64,000 bases of DNA from Leptonemataceae bacterium (GTDB lineage Bacteria > Spirochaetota > Leptospiria > Leptospirales > Leptonemataceae). The position numbers were made by a program, and so were the translations under genes. Below, one piece after another: positions 50,432-60,186 of this stretch (positions within the stretch are counted from its first letter, which is position 1; each line of letters opens with the position of its first letter). The stretch covers positions 608,001-672,000 of the forward strand of contig OZ245742.1 of assembly GCA_965227295.1 (NCBI GenBank). The letters run 5' to 3'. The notes beneath the pieces were generated by a model. That model saw nothing but the letters and a program-made list of their open reading frames with translations, searched no databases and was not told the DNA's origin.

Positions 50432-51052
50432 ATGCAGAACATCGACTTTTCCGCTCACATGCGCCGGACCCCGGGCCGGCCGGAGCCGAAACAGGCCACC
50501 GCCGTCCCGGTGCCGGCCCACGAACTGAGAACCCGCAACCGGGCCTATGTCTGGATTCTCGTCCTGCTGATTTTCGCCTTCACGGCCGGCCTGGTGGCCG
50601 GCCTCCAAATCGGTCGCCTGCGCCACATCGAAGCCAACCTGGTCAGTCGTCCGGACGAAGAGCGCTTCGGCAATTCCGACGAGAGCACGGAATCCGCCCC
50701 AACGTCGAACACCGAGAGTACGTCGTTCGCCAATACCGGCGGCGATCCGGACGAAGGTCGCTTTCTCATTAAGGCCGGAACGTTTGCGCCCAACGCGGCC
50801 GAGTTGCTCGCACGCCGGCTCAACAATCTGCCCGAGCTGGCACAAATCAAACCCGTGAAGTGTAAGAATATTCGCGAAAGTGAACCCGGCCGGTACCTGG
50901 CTTTCCGCGTCCGCCTGAACGACGGCAGTGATCGCCAGAATGTTTTCCTGGGATGTTTTCTTTCTCAGGGGCGTGCGCGGGAAGCACTGGAAGCGGCGAC
51001 GGCCTCCGGTCTGCCCGGACTCTCCGGTGCCCGCCTCTATGAAATCGAATAA
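50432..51052 (+). CDS. Membrane-anchored SPOR-like domain protein
   Basis: One TM, Ser/Thr linker, FLIKAGTF...A..L..L...VFLGCF.S..A..A pattern. Confidence 0.6.
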   Translation: MQNIDFSAHMRRTPGRPEPKQATAVPVPAHELRTRNRAYVWILVLLIFAFTAGLVAGLQIGRLRHIEANLVSRPDEERFGNSDESTESAPTSNTESTSFANTGGDPDEGRFLIKAGTFAPNAAELLARRLNNLPELAQIKPVKCKNIRESEPGRYLAFRVRLNDGSDRQNVFLGCFLSQGRAREALEAATASGLPGLSGARLYEIE

Positions 51053-51148
51053 AACCAATGCCGGTCCGGGCTGCGCCAGTCTAAACAAAAAACTACTTGC
51101 ATAGAGGTGTACACACCTGGTCCATTGCCTGGCAGGAGACTCTGAAAC

Positions 51149-51559
51149 ATGGCAAAGAAGAAGACCGCGAAAAAAGCGGCCAAAAAAACCGCGAAAAAGA
51201 CGGCAAAAACGGCCGCCTCCGGCAAGTACTCGTTAGTCGAAGACGTACTCGACAGCATCATGGAAGTCGCCGAGGTCAGCAAGAAAGGCGAAATCAAACT
51301 CAAGAAGACCGACGTTAAGAACCTGCTGGAAGAATGCTTTCAGCGCGCGGCCGTCGTCGCCACGGGCGGCGAGAAAGTGAGAATCCCGTTCCTCGGCAAC
51401 CTCATGTTCTCCGAAGTGAAAGCACGCAAGGCCGGCAAGGGTGTGAATCCGTTCACCGGCGAGCCCATGGAAATCAAAGCGCGACCGGCATCCCGCAAGC
51501 CGCGTTTCTCTTTCGCTCGCACCGCTAAAGAAACCTTCGCCAACAAACGGAACTGGTAA
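51149..51559 (+). CDS. hup: HU/IHF family DNA-binding protein with Lys/Ala-rich N-terminal tail
   Basis: GEKVRIPFLG...KARKA.KGVNPFTGE.MEIKA.PA.RKPRF; AGGAG RBS. Confidence 0.88.
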   Translation: MAKKKTAKKAAKKTAKKTAKTAASGKYSLVEDVLDSIMEVAEVSKKGEIKLKKTDVKNLLEECFQRAAVVATGGEKVRIPFLGNLMFSEVKARKAGKGVNPFTGEPMEIKARPASRKPRFSFARTAKETFANKRNW

Positions 51560-51620
51560 TCATTCGGCGCCGCATTCCCGGCGTTCCCGTTCCACCGACG
51601 TTCCCTCCCGCAAGTTTCCT

Positions 51621-51652
51621 CATCCCGACCCGAATCACCAGGGGTCGGGATG
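51621..51652. terminator. Strong GC hairpin downstream of HU (possible terminator or stabiliser)
   Basis: CATCCCGACCC...GGGTCGGGATG 11-bp stem; no adjacent U-tract. Confidence 0.4.
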
Positions 51653-51740
51653 CGGGGAAGCTGTGCGACATAAGCCGGGCGAGCGCGAAATTTTTCACGA
51701 AAACGCTTTTCCTGAAACGGCACGCGTACATCCTGCGGTT

Positions 51741-52073
51741 ATGCCGTACGTAAAGCAGCAGACTCACTTCAAGCAAACGATCCAGATCAACAACGGAGAA
51801 ATCACCGCCCAGGAAGATCTGATCTTCGACTGTAACTTCACCGGAAACAACGTCAACGTCGGGACCAACACGATCGTGGTCGGCCTGCCGTGCACCATGA
51901 ACGCGAACATCCAGGCGGGCGTGGTGGAGATCATCGGCACGTTGAACGGAAACATCGTCGCCAGCGAGTCCATCCAGATTCGCGACACGGCCGTGGTGAA
52001 CGGCGACATCCAGGCACCGCTCATTCGCGTGGAACCCCTCGCGCGATTTCAGGGCCGCATTACGTATACCTGA
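51741..52073 (+). CDS. Bactofilin (second copy)
   Basis: INNGEI.AQEDL.FD..F.G...ANIQA..VEI.G.LNGNI.A...GDI.AP.I.VE..A.FQG.I. Confidence 0.8.
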   Translation: MPYVKQQTHFKQTIQINNGEITAQEDLIFDCNFTGNNVNVGTNTIVVGLPCTMNANIQAGVVEIIGTLNGNIVASESIQIRDTAVVNGDIQAPLIRVEPLARFQGRITYT

Positions 52074-53116
52074 TCCCCGGCCGGCGGGCGCGCATCCAGC
52101 GTCTCCGCCGGTAACTCCAGCAACGCCCGGCGCAGAAGTTCCACCACGTCTTCGTTCGTGGCGCTCCCGCCGCGTTCGCTGAACGCGCGGCGAAACCGAC
52201 GCGCCCCGCGCATCCCCGTAAACAGTCCGAGCATGTGTCGCACAATGCTGTGCGCCGGTCGGCCGTCATTCCGCCGGCGTTCTTCGATGTACGGCAACAT
52301 CGCTTCCAGAACGTCGCGTCGACTCGGCGGCGCAGCCTCGCTCCCGTAAAAATCCCGGTCCGCCGTGGCAAACAGATACGGCTCGTCGTATGCGGCGCGG
52401 CCGATCATTACACCGTCGGTGGAGGCGAGCAGTTCCCGCGCCAGGCCGAACGAACGCACCCCGCCGTTGATCTCAATCGCTAAGTTCTGACGATCTTGCT
52501 TTAAGCGACATACATCGTCGTAACGCAGCGGCGGGACCTCGCGGTTTTCTTTCGGATTCAGACCTTCCAGAATCGCAATGCGCGCGTGCACGATGAAGCG
52601 ATCGCAACCGGCGGCCGCCACGATGTCCGTAAAGCGCAGTAAATCCTCGTAACGATCCAGTACGCCGATCTCCGGTTGCTGCGACGAAATCCCGATGCGA
52701 TGCTTCACCGTCACGGGAATGTTGCACGCGACCCGCATGGCGCTCACGCATTCCGCCACCAGCTCCGGCCGCGCCATTAAACACGCGCCGAAGTTGCCGG
52801 ACTTCACGCGATCGCTCGGACAACCCACGTTCAGGTTGACCTCGTCGTAACCATAGTCTTCGGCAATGCGCGCGCACTCGGCCAGGCTGCGCGCATCGTC
52901 GCCGCCGAGTTGCAACGCAATGGGATGTTCGTCGGGATGATAGCCCAGAAAACGTTGCCGGTCGCCGCGCAGGATGGCCCCGGTGACCACCATCTCCGTA
53001 TACAGAAAGACGCGTTTGGACAACCGGCGCAGAAAGTACCGGAAGTCGCGGTCCGTGCGATCCATCATGGGCGCGACGGACAGCGGACGGTATTCGGAAT
53101 CGGAATGATCAAACAT
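52049..53116 (-). CDS. dusA: tRNA dihydrouridine(20/20a) synthase
   Basis: SVAPMMDRTDR, QLGG, NLNVGCPSDRV.SGNFGACLM, GLNPKENREVPPL. Confidence 0.95.
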   Translation of the reverse strand: MFDHSDSEYRPLSVAPMMDRTDRDFRYFLRRLSKRVFLYTEMVVTGAILRGDRQRFLGYHPDEHPIALQLGGDDARSLAECARIAEDYGYDEVNLNVGCPSDRVKSGNFGACLMARPELVAECVSAMRVACNIPVTVKHRIGISSQQPEIGVLDRYEDLLRFTDIVAAAGCDRFIVHARIAILEGLNPKENREVPPLRYDDVCRLKQDRQNLAIEINGGVRSFGLARELLASTDGVMIGRAAYDEPYLFATADRDFYGSEAAPPSRRDVLEAMLPYIEERRRNDGRPAHSIVRHMLGLFTGMRGARRFRRAFSERGGSATNEDVVELLRRALLELPAETLDARPPAGDQVYVMRP

Positions 53117-53909
53117 ACTGCGCTTCGATCTGGAACGAGAACTCCTGCTCGCCTTCCGCCGAGCCTTCCGGGCCGAAACGACGTTCGTGCATGACGACAT
53201 GCCCGCCGCGATCGATCGTGAGAAACGTGGACGCCCGGGTCCCGTACACCGGCGACTGAATAAAGCGGGAGGAGAGCCAGCGCTCACGTTCCAGACCGAT
53301 GCCTGTATCCGGCAGGCGCTCGTCTGAGGCGACGGAGTTATGACTCAAGATTTCGAAGAACGCCCTGGCGTCCAGCGCATCGCCGGCTTCCATGAGAGCA
53401 CGGAACTCGGCCGTGCCGTCGGCGACCTTGGGCCAGGCCGTATCCAGAAAGGCGTTGGAGAGGCCGTAGAATCCCGGCCCCAGCGCACGACGTTCCCCGC
53501 TACGGTTCGAATAGTACCATACGGCGCTCGCATCTTCCGGCGCGCCGAAATCCGCCAGGATCACATTGAAACCGGCGTAGGCGTCGCCGTCGGTTGCGAC
53601 GTCCGCGAGAAAGTCGCCGGGCGGTTCAGCGGCAGTAAGATAGTCGCGCAACAGCAGGCCGCGGGAACGTCCCTGCTTGCCGAACTCCTGCGGATCGCGG
53701 TAGTTCGTCACAGTGGCGAAGCGCCCCCCGGTGCTGATGGCGAGCCAGGTCCCGCCGTGTTCCAGGTCTCGGCCGCCGAGAATTTGACCGTCGGCTTCGT
53801 CCCAGTAATCGGCGGGCTTTGTCGGCCGCGCGTAGAACTCGTCGCGATTGCCGGCCAACACCCACAGGTACTCCGGGTGTGCATCGTATGCAAAGTAGAT
53901 CAGACACAT
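53109..53909 (-). CDS. NRDE/TANGO2 family protein
   Basis: MCLI...NRDEFY.RPT, GGTWL, SRG.L, YGTRAST. Confidence 0.95.
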   Translation of the reverse strand: MCLIYFAYDAHPEYLWVLAGNRDEFYARPTKPADYWDEADGQILGGRDLEHGGTWLAISTGGRFATVTNYRDPQEFGKQGRSRGLLLRDYLTAAEPPGDFLADVATDGDAYAGFNVILADFGAPEDASAVWYYSNRSGERRALGPGFYGLSNAFLDTAWPKVADGTAEFRALMEAGDALDARAFFEILSHNSVASDERLPDTGIGLERERWLSSRFIQSPVYGTRASTFLTIDRGGHVVMHERRFGPEGSAEGEQEFSFQIEAQYV

Positions 53910-54167
53910 CGCAATTTTTTTGCCTGCCAACAGGTAAAAGAGAAAACAATCCATCGCACAGCTTCGTCAAATCATTTCAGATCAAGCCCCTCCGCTTCGG
54001 AGGCTATCGCATGAACTTCCTCCATTTGAACCGCATATAACGCACGGCTGCCGCATCCGCGACACTCGTGCGTCCTGTTTTTTCTCCAAATCCGTTTCGC
54101 CTGTTATGACCTGCGCTCCGCGCCGGCCGCCCGGGTGAGTTGTATCGTTACAGCGTTTGATCTTACT

Positions 54168-56486
54168 ATGAATCGTTTTTCCGAAAAAACGAAGGCGTGG
54201 CATGCGCCCGTCTTCTTCGCCCTGGCTCACGGCCGGGAGGGTTTTGTGTGGCTTGGTAGCGGGCGGCGCCGATCCCTCCTGGAAACGAACGGACTTGTCG
54301 GCTCCCCGTCGAACGTCGGCAGCCTGTTCGAACTCTATCGCCTTTCGGTGGACATGGTTCCGCCTCCGTTGTGGCCGGACGCACGGCGCATCCTGAATCC
54401 ACTGCGCCTCGATCGCGGCGCGTATCTGGGCGACCTGCCCGAGGACTTCGCCCTGTACTTCGCGCCCTTGCTGCGCCGGGAGCGGGATCGCCGGCGCTTT
54501 CTCGGATTGTACTGGGGCCTCGGCCTGCAGTACAATCCAGGTCTGAACGCATCGGCCCACCGCCTGCTGTTGAACTACGGTCCATCCGCGGCCGCCTGGC
54601 TCGAACCGCTGCTCGGTCAGTTGCCTGCGGTGCGGGACCCGCTGGCCGCGCTGCTCGTTGAACTGGAGATCCCTTCGCTTAGCTTTCTACGAAACAACAT
54701 TAGCGAACCGAACGATTTCTACGCCGCGCTCTGCGACGGCTTTCATAACATCCAGGGCATCAACCCGGAATCTGAGGGCTACGTAGAACTCCTGTACGCC
54801 TTCGTGAAGGGCGTCTCCCTGGGAATGAGTTATGATCATCTCCTGGACGGACTGCGCCTGCACCGGCGCCTGGACCTCCGGATTCAGACCCGCGAATTCC
54901 AGGCGTGCCCGGACTACGCCCCCGGTCCCGTCGGGTTGATGATCGAACTCATGCGGGCAGACGATAGTAACATCAGCAAGTACCAGATCCGTAATTTCTG
55001 GCAGGCTCTGGGTAAGCTGCCGGGTTACGTTGACGTTTGTCGCGAATGGCTCCGATGGGAATTCGCCGCGGAAAGTCTGCATGCCTTCCTGCGTTTCATG
55101 GATGAATTCGCCCCGGAACATTGCCGGCAACGCATGTGGTCGACGCTGCGTGAACGTCTGCCGGCCCTCATGCGAGACCTGGGCCTGCTGCGCGACGCCG
55201 AAAATCGGGAAAACCAACTCGCCGTTCTGGCGAACTTTACATATTTAGCGGATCCGGAAACGCTGCCGGAGCTGTGGCCGCGCTTCCGTTTGCTCGCTGC
55301 TAAGTTACGTGAATACAAACTTACCGATCACAGCTTCACCTCCACGGAATTGCTCTTCGAATTTGCGCTCCTGGATGCCGATCTGTTTGCGCAGTGCCTG
55401 CATGCGCCCCGTTCTTCTTTTCGCCGCCTGGATCACGCCTCTCGCTCGGACAATCGCCGGGGTTTCATAGATTCGGGCCTGAGCCGCCTGCGGCGCATGC
55501 TGCCGCGATTCCTGGCAGCGGCCTTCCGGAATTTCCCGGCAAAGCTTCTTCGCAGCGCCGAACTCCTGGGCAGCCTGACTCAGGCCGAAGCCATGCGGAC
55601 CGTAAACGACTTTCGCCGGGCCGGCGGACAGTGTTTGGTAGAGTGCGACGTGCTGAGCCCGCTCGCGGTCTTAGCTATTACCGGGAGCATCTTAGCGAAT
55701 GAACCGGGTCTCTTTCATCCGGTGCCGGAACGCCTGCGTGCTTATCTCGTCGGCGAAATCGAACTTACCGGAATCCGCCTGCGGCACTCCATCGAGGTCA
55801 TGCAACGGGATCGTACTCTCACGGGACTGGAACTCCTGGATCGTTGCATCCGGCGCCGCCTCTGTACGGAGCACCGGGAACCGGAAACGGCCGACCTGCA
55901 TACGTTTCAAATGATCGGCTCGCTGGCGAAAGAAGACCGCAATCCGCTGAAGAAATTCCTGCGCGCCCATGCCCGGGGCCGGCACGACTATCTACATCAA
56001 CATCCGCGCAACGCCGGTTGGATTCGCGAACGCCGCAAGCTGAACACGCGCGCCTGGTTCGACGGCCTCGCTGTGCGTCGCATTGTTCCGGGCCGCAGCC
56101 TGAGCCTGGCTCCGGAACGCGATCCGCACGAGATGCTTAAGATGGGCACGTACGCCGGTAGTTGTACCGGTCTGGGAGGCATGCATCAATACAACGCCGC
56201 GACGACCTTGCTGGACGCGAACAAACTACTCATCTATGCGCGAGACGCGAACGGCGCCTTCGTCGCGCGGCAGCTCCTGGCCGTCACCGACGACGAACGC
56301 CTGGCCTGCTTCGAAGTCTACCCGACAACGGATGCGAACATCCGGGCCGCCTTTCGGGAGTACGACCTGCGCTTCGCCGAACGCATCGGCCTGGACATTG
56401 TCGACGATTACAATTACCATGTCTCCGTTCTGATCGGCAAGCAGTGGTATGACGACGGCATCTGGAAATGGGACGACGATGAGTGA
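54168..56486 (+). CDS. Large hypothetical protein
   Basis: 772-aa ORF whose stop overlaps the oxoprolinase start; C-terminal DP.EMLKMG....SC.G.GG....A...LDANK..IYAR block. Confidence 0.75.
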   Translation: MNRFSEKTKAWHAPVFFALAHGREGFVWLGSGRRRSLLETNGLVGSPSNVGSLFELYRLSVDMVPPPLWPDARRILNPLRLDRGAYLGDLPEDFALYFAPLLRRERDRRRFLGLYWGLGLQYNPGLNASAHRLLLNYGPSAAAWLEPLLGQLPAVRDPLAALLVELEIPSLSFLRNNISEPNDFYAALCDGFHNIQGINPESEGYVELLYAFVKGVSLGMSYDHLLDGLRLHRRLDLRIQTREFQACPDYAPGPVGLMIELMRADDSNISKYQIRNFWQALGKLPGYVDVCREWLRWEFAAESLHAFLRFMDEFAPEHCRQRMWSTLRERLPALMRDLGLLRDAENRENQLAVLANFTYLADPETLPELWPRFRLLAAKLREYKLTDHSFTSTELLFEFALLDADLFAQCLHAPRSSFRRLDHASRSDNRRGFIDSGLSRLRRMLPRFLAAAFRNFPAKLLRSAELLGSLTQAEAMRTVNDFRRAGGQCLVECDVLSPLAVLAITGSILANEPGLFHPVPERLRAYLVGEIELTGIRLRHSIEVMQRDRTLTGLELLDRCIRRRLCTEHREPETADLHTFQMIGSLAKEDRNPLKKFLRAHARGRHDYLHQHPRNAGWIRERRKLNTRAWFDGLAVRRIVPGRSLSLAPERDPHEMLKMGTYAGSCTGLGGMHQYNAATTLLDANKLLIYARDANGAFVARQLLAVTDDERLACFEVYPTTDANIRAAFREYDLRFAERIGLDIVDDYNYHVSVLIGKQWYDDGIWKWDDDE

Positions 56487-59400
56487 GGCGCAGGGCTGGC
56501 GCTTCTGGATCGATCGCGGCGGCACATTCACGGACGTCGCCGCCGTCGACCCCGACGGGGCCTTGATCACCACGAAGCTGCTCTCGGAAGATCCCGAACG
56601 CTACGAGGACGCGGCCATCGAGGGCATCCGTCGTTTACGCAAAGAACACGCCGATGGAAGTTACGCGAACGCGCCCATCCTCGAAGTTCGCATGGGTACC
56701 ACCGTGGGCACGAACGCCCTCCTCGAACATAACGGTGCACCCGTCGCGCTGCTGATCACGGCCGGCTTCGAAGATGCCCTGCGCATTGGTTACCAGAATC
56801 GCCCGGATATCTTCGCCCTGGACATCGAGGCCGGGCGACCGCGCATGCTTTACGAGCGCCTGATCGGCGTGCACGAGCGCCTCGCCGCCGACGGAAAAAT
56901 ACTGCAAACTCTCGATGAAAGTAAGCTAAGGGCAGAGCTGACCGAAGCGCGCAAGGCCGGCCTGCGCAGCGCGGCCGTCGTTTTGATGCACGCGTATTGC
57001 AATCCCATTCACGAACTACGCGCCGGGGAGATCGCCCGGGACGTCGGCTTCGAAGACGTGTCGTTGTCTCACGAGGTGAGCCCGCTCATCAAACTCGTCC
57101 GCCGGGGCGACACCACCGTCGTCGACGCTCACCTTTCGCCGGTATTGCGTCGTTACACGGAACGCGTGCGCCACGGTCTGGCGAATCTGAGCGATGCGGC
57201 ACCGCGGCTTTTTTTTATGCAGTCTCATGGCGGCCTCACCGTGGCCGAGAATTTTCGCGGGCGGGACAGCTTGCTCTCGGGGCCGGCCGGCGGTGTCGTG
57301 GGCGGCGTGGCCGTGAGCGAAGCAGAAGGTTATCGCAAGATCATCGGCTTTGATATGGGCGGCACGTCCACGGACGTCTGGCACTACGCCGGTGAACTGG
57401 AACGCAGTTTCGAAAGCGAGATTGCCGGCGCGCGTTTACAATCCCCGGTGCTCGCGATTCATACCGTGGCGGCCGGCGGCGGCTCCGTCCTGGAATTCGA
57501 CGGCGAACGTTTGCGCGTGGGCCCGCGTTCGTCCGGTTCCCGTCCCGGCCCGCGCTCCTACGGCCACGGCGGCCCTCTGAGTTTAACTGACGCTAATCTA
57601 ATATTAGGCCGCGTGCAGCCGGCGTTTTTTCCGCACGTCTTCGGCTCCGCGGGCACCGCCCCCCTGGATCACGCCGGCGTGAGCGCGGCCTTCGAGGACC
57701 TGGCACGCTCGGTGGGCGCCGCGACCGATCGCAAACTTTCTCCGGAGCAACTGGCCGCCGGCTTCGTGGACATCGCCGTGGAGCACATGGCCCGGGCCAT
57801 CCGGAAAATCTCGGTGCAACGCGGTTACGATCCCGGCGAGTACGTGCTCTGCTCGTTCGGCGGCGCCGGCGGGCAGCATGCCTGCGCCATCGCCGCGGCG
57901 CTGAACATGACCGAAATTCTTTTACACCCCCTCGCCGGTGTGCTCTCGGCCTACGGTATGGGCACGGCCAAACTGCGACGCCTGGACGAATGTTACTCCG
58001 GTGCGGATCTCGATGATTTAGACCTTGCCGCGATGGACGACGAATTGGGGCGGCTGCAAACTTCTGCCGGCCAGGAGTTAGCGCGTCACCTGGACGGTGA
58101 GGCTCCGGAACACCAGATCAGCGCGCACTTGAAGTATGCGGGCAGCGATACGACCATCGAAGTACCGTGGCCTTCTTCGGAGACCGAACGGCGGCGCGAA
58201 GCACTGCGGCGGCAGTTCGAAGAACAGCATCGCCGGGGTTTCGGTTTCGTACGCGAAGCAGCGGCAATCGTCCTGGATCGCCTGGTCGTGGAAACCTCCG
58301 GCGGCGGCGCGAACCCCATCACTGCGAAATCACAGCAAACGACAGCGAAGCCCGAGGCCGCCGCCGTCGTACAACTCTGGTGCCGCGGCGACAGCGAAGG
58401 GGCCGGCATGCGCGACGCGCCGTTGTATCGCCGGGCGGACCTTGGCGCCGGCCACGAGATCGCCGGCCCCGCTCTCATCGTTTCAGAAACGGACACGGTC
58501 TTCGTGGATACGGGCTGGACGACCTCCGTCACGGCATCCGGGGCCCTGCGTTTGTTTAATGCAAATCCTATCTTGCAAACTTCTAGTGGCATTACTTCAG
58601 ACGAACCTTCTCGGAACGTCGATCCGGTGCGCCTGGAGATCATGAACCACGCCTTTCGGGCCATCGCCGAGGAGATGGGTGTCGTTCTACAAAAGACCAG
58701 TGTCTCCGTAAACATCAAGGAACGCCTCGATTTTTCCTGCGCCCTGTTCGACTCGGAGGGCCGGCTGGTCGCGAACGCGCCGCACATCCCGGTGCACCTG
58801 GGTTCCATGTCGGCCAGTGTCGACGCCGTGCGCGAGCGCTTCGGCGCGGATATGCAACCCGGCGATGCCTTTGTACTGAATGATCCCTACGCCGGCGGCA
58901 CGCATCTGCCGGACATTACCGTGGTTACCCCCGTCTTTCTCGGCGAGGCGAATGCGGAAGCGCGCCTGCTTTTTTATACGGCGTCGCGCGGCCATCATGC
59001 GGACATCGGCGGCATTGCGCCCGGGTCCATGCCGGCCAGGAGTCGCAGCATCGTCGAAGAAGGCGTGTTGATCGAACCGCGGTATCTCTGTCGCGGCGGC
59101 CGCATTCTGGAAGATGAGATCCGCACGCTGCTTATCGGCGCGAAACATCCGGTGCGGAACCTGAAGCAAAACCTGGCGGACCTCGCGGCCCAGGTTGCGG
59201 CCAACGAACGCGGTAGTGCGTTACTTGCAGAACTCTGCCGGCGCTACGATGCGGATACGGTACTGTTTTACATGCAGGCGGTGCAGGACAACGCCGAACG
59301 CGCGGTACGCCGGGCCCTCGCGAACGTCCGCCGGGGTTCCGCCGAACGCGTGCTGGATAACGATCTGCACGTTCGCGTCGACGTACGTGATTATGCGCCG

Positions 59401-60186
59401 ACGGACGGAGCGCCGGAGCGATTCGGCGCAACCCCGTTGATCACGGCGGACTTCACCGGAAGCTCGCCGGCCCACGCCGGCAACTTCAACGCCCCCCTGG
59501 CGGTGTTGCACGCGGCCTTAATTTATGTTGTACGCACATTAGTCGAGGACGAGATTCCGCTGAACGCCGGTTGCCTGCGCCCGGTGCACATCATCGTCCC
59601 CGTTGATTCGTTTCTGCATCCGCGGGCGCCCCGGGCCGTCGTCGCGGGCAACGTGGAAACGTCACAGATGATCGTGGATACGATCTACGCCGCCCTGGGA
59701 ATTCTCGCCGGCTCCCAGGGAACCATGAACAACCTCACCTTCGGCAACGCAAACTTTCAGTACTACGAAACGATTTGCGGCGGCGCCGGGGCCGGACCGG
59801 GCTTCGCCGGCGCCTCCGCCGTACACACGCACATGACCAATTCGCGGCTCACGGATCCCGAAGTACTCGAGGAACGTTTTCCCGTGCGCGTCGAAGAGTT
59901 TTCCCTCCGCCGGGGCAGCGGCGGCAGCGGTCAGTTTCGCGGCGGGGACGGCGTCCTGCGGCGTTTACGTTTTCTGGAAGATGTGAGCGTGTCCTTACTT
60001 ACGAATCATCGCAAGATAGCGCCGGGGGGAATCCGGGGCGGCGGGGACGGACAGCCGGGCCGCAACCGATTACTGCGCGGCGACGGAACAGAAACAACGC
60101 TGGACTCCTGTGATCAGGTGGAGCTGCGCTCCGGGGATGCGATTATCGTAGAAACGCCGGGCGGCGGCGGCTGCGGCGATGCTTAA
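56479..60186 (+). CDS. 5-oxoprolinase (ATP-hydrolysing) / hydantoinase A+B fusion
   Basis: [61 protein letters not shown]. Confidence 0.95.
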   Translation: MSEAQGWRFWIDRGGTFTDVAAVDPDGALITTKLLSEDPERYEDAAIEGIRRLRKEHADGSYANAPILEVRMGTTVGTNALLEHNGAPVALLITAGFEDALRIGYQNRPDIFALDIEAGRPRMLYERLIGVHERLAADGKILQTLDESKLRAELTEARKAGLRSAAVVLMHAYCNPIHELRAGEIARDVGFEDVSLSHEVSPLIKLVRRGDTTVVDAHLSPVLRRYTERVRHGLANLSDAAPRLFFMQSHGGLTVAENFRGRDSLLSGPAGGVVGGVAVSEAEGYRKIIGFDMGGTSTDVWHYAGELERSFESEIAGARLQSPVLAIHTVAAGGGSVLEFDGERLRVGPRSSGSRPGPRSYGHGGPLSLTDANLILGRVQPAFFPHVFGSAGTAPLDHAGVSAAFEDLARSVGAATDRKLSPEQLAAGFVDIAVEHMARAIRKISVQRGYDPGEYVLCSFGGAGGQHACAIAAALNMTEILLHPLAGVLSAYGMGTAKLRRLDECYSGADLDDLDLAAMDDELGRLQTSAGQELARHLDGEAPEHQISAHLKYAGSDTTIEVPWPSSETERRREALRRQFEEQHRRGFGFVREAAAIVLDRLVVETSGGGANPITAKSQQTTAKPEAAAVVQLWCRGDSEGAGMRDAPLYRRADLGAGHEIAGPALIVSETDTVFVDTGWTTSVTASGALRLFNANPILQTSSGITSDEPSRNVDPVRLEIMNHAFRAIAEEMGVVLQKTSVSVNIKERLDFSCALFDSEGRLVANAPHIPVHLGSMSASVDAVRERFGADMQPGDAFVLNDPYAGGTHLPDITVVTPVFLGEANAEARLLFYTASRGHHADIGGIAPGSMPARSRSIVEEGVLIEPRYLCRGGRILEDEIRTLLIGAKHPVRNLKQNLADLAAQVAANERGSALLAELCRRYDADTVLFYMQAVQDNAERAVRRALANVRRGSAERVLDNDLHVRVDVRDYAPTDGAPERFGATPLITADFTGSSPAHAGNFNAPLAVLHAALIYVVRTLVEDEIPLNAGCLRPVHIIVPVDSFLHPRAPRAVVAGNVETSQMIVDTIYAALGILAGSQGTMNNLTFGNANFQYYETICGGAGAGPGFAGASAVHTHMTNSRLTDPEVLEERFPVRVEEFSLRRGSGGSGQFRGGDGVLRRLRFLEDVSVSLLTNHRKIAPGGIRGGGDGQPGRNRLLRGDGTETTLDSCDQVELRSGDAIIVETPGGGGCGDA

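Noticed and set aside
49598-51088. 496-aa minus-strand ORF
   Set aside because: Arg/Gly-rich off-frame shadow overlapping two better-supported genes.
54030-54112. attC-like site (TATAAC...GTTATG) upstream of the large hypothetical gene
   Set aside because: The R boxes are not properly complementary, it is a single occurrence, and there is no integron integrase. Only a local hairpin (ACGCACG...CGTGCGT) is supported.
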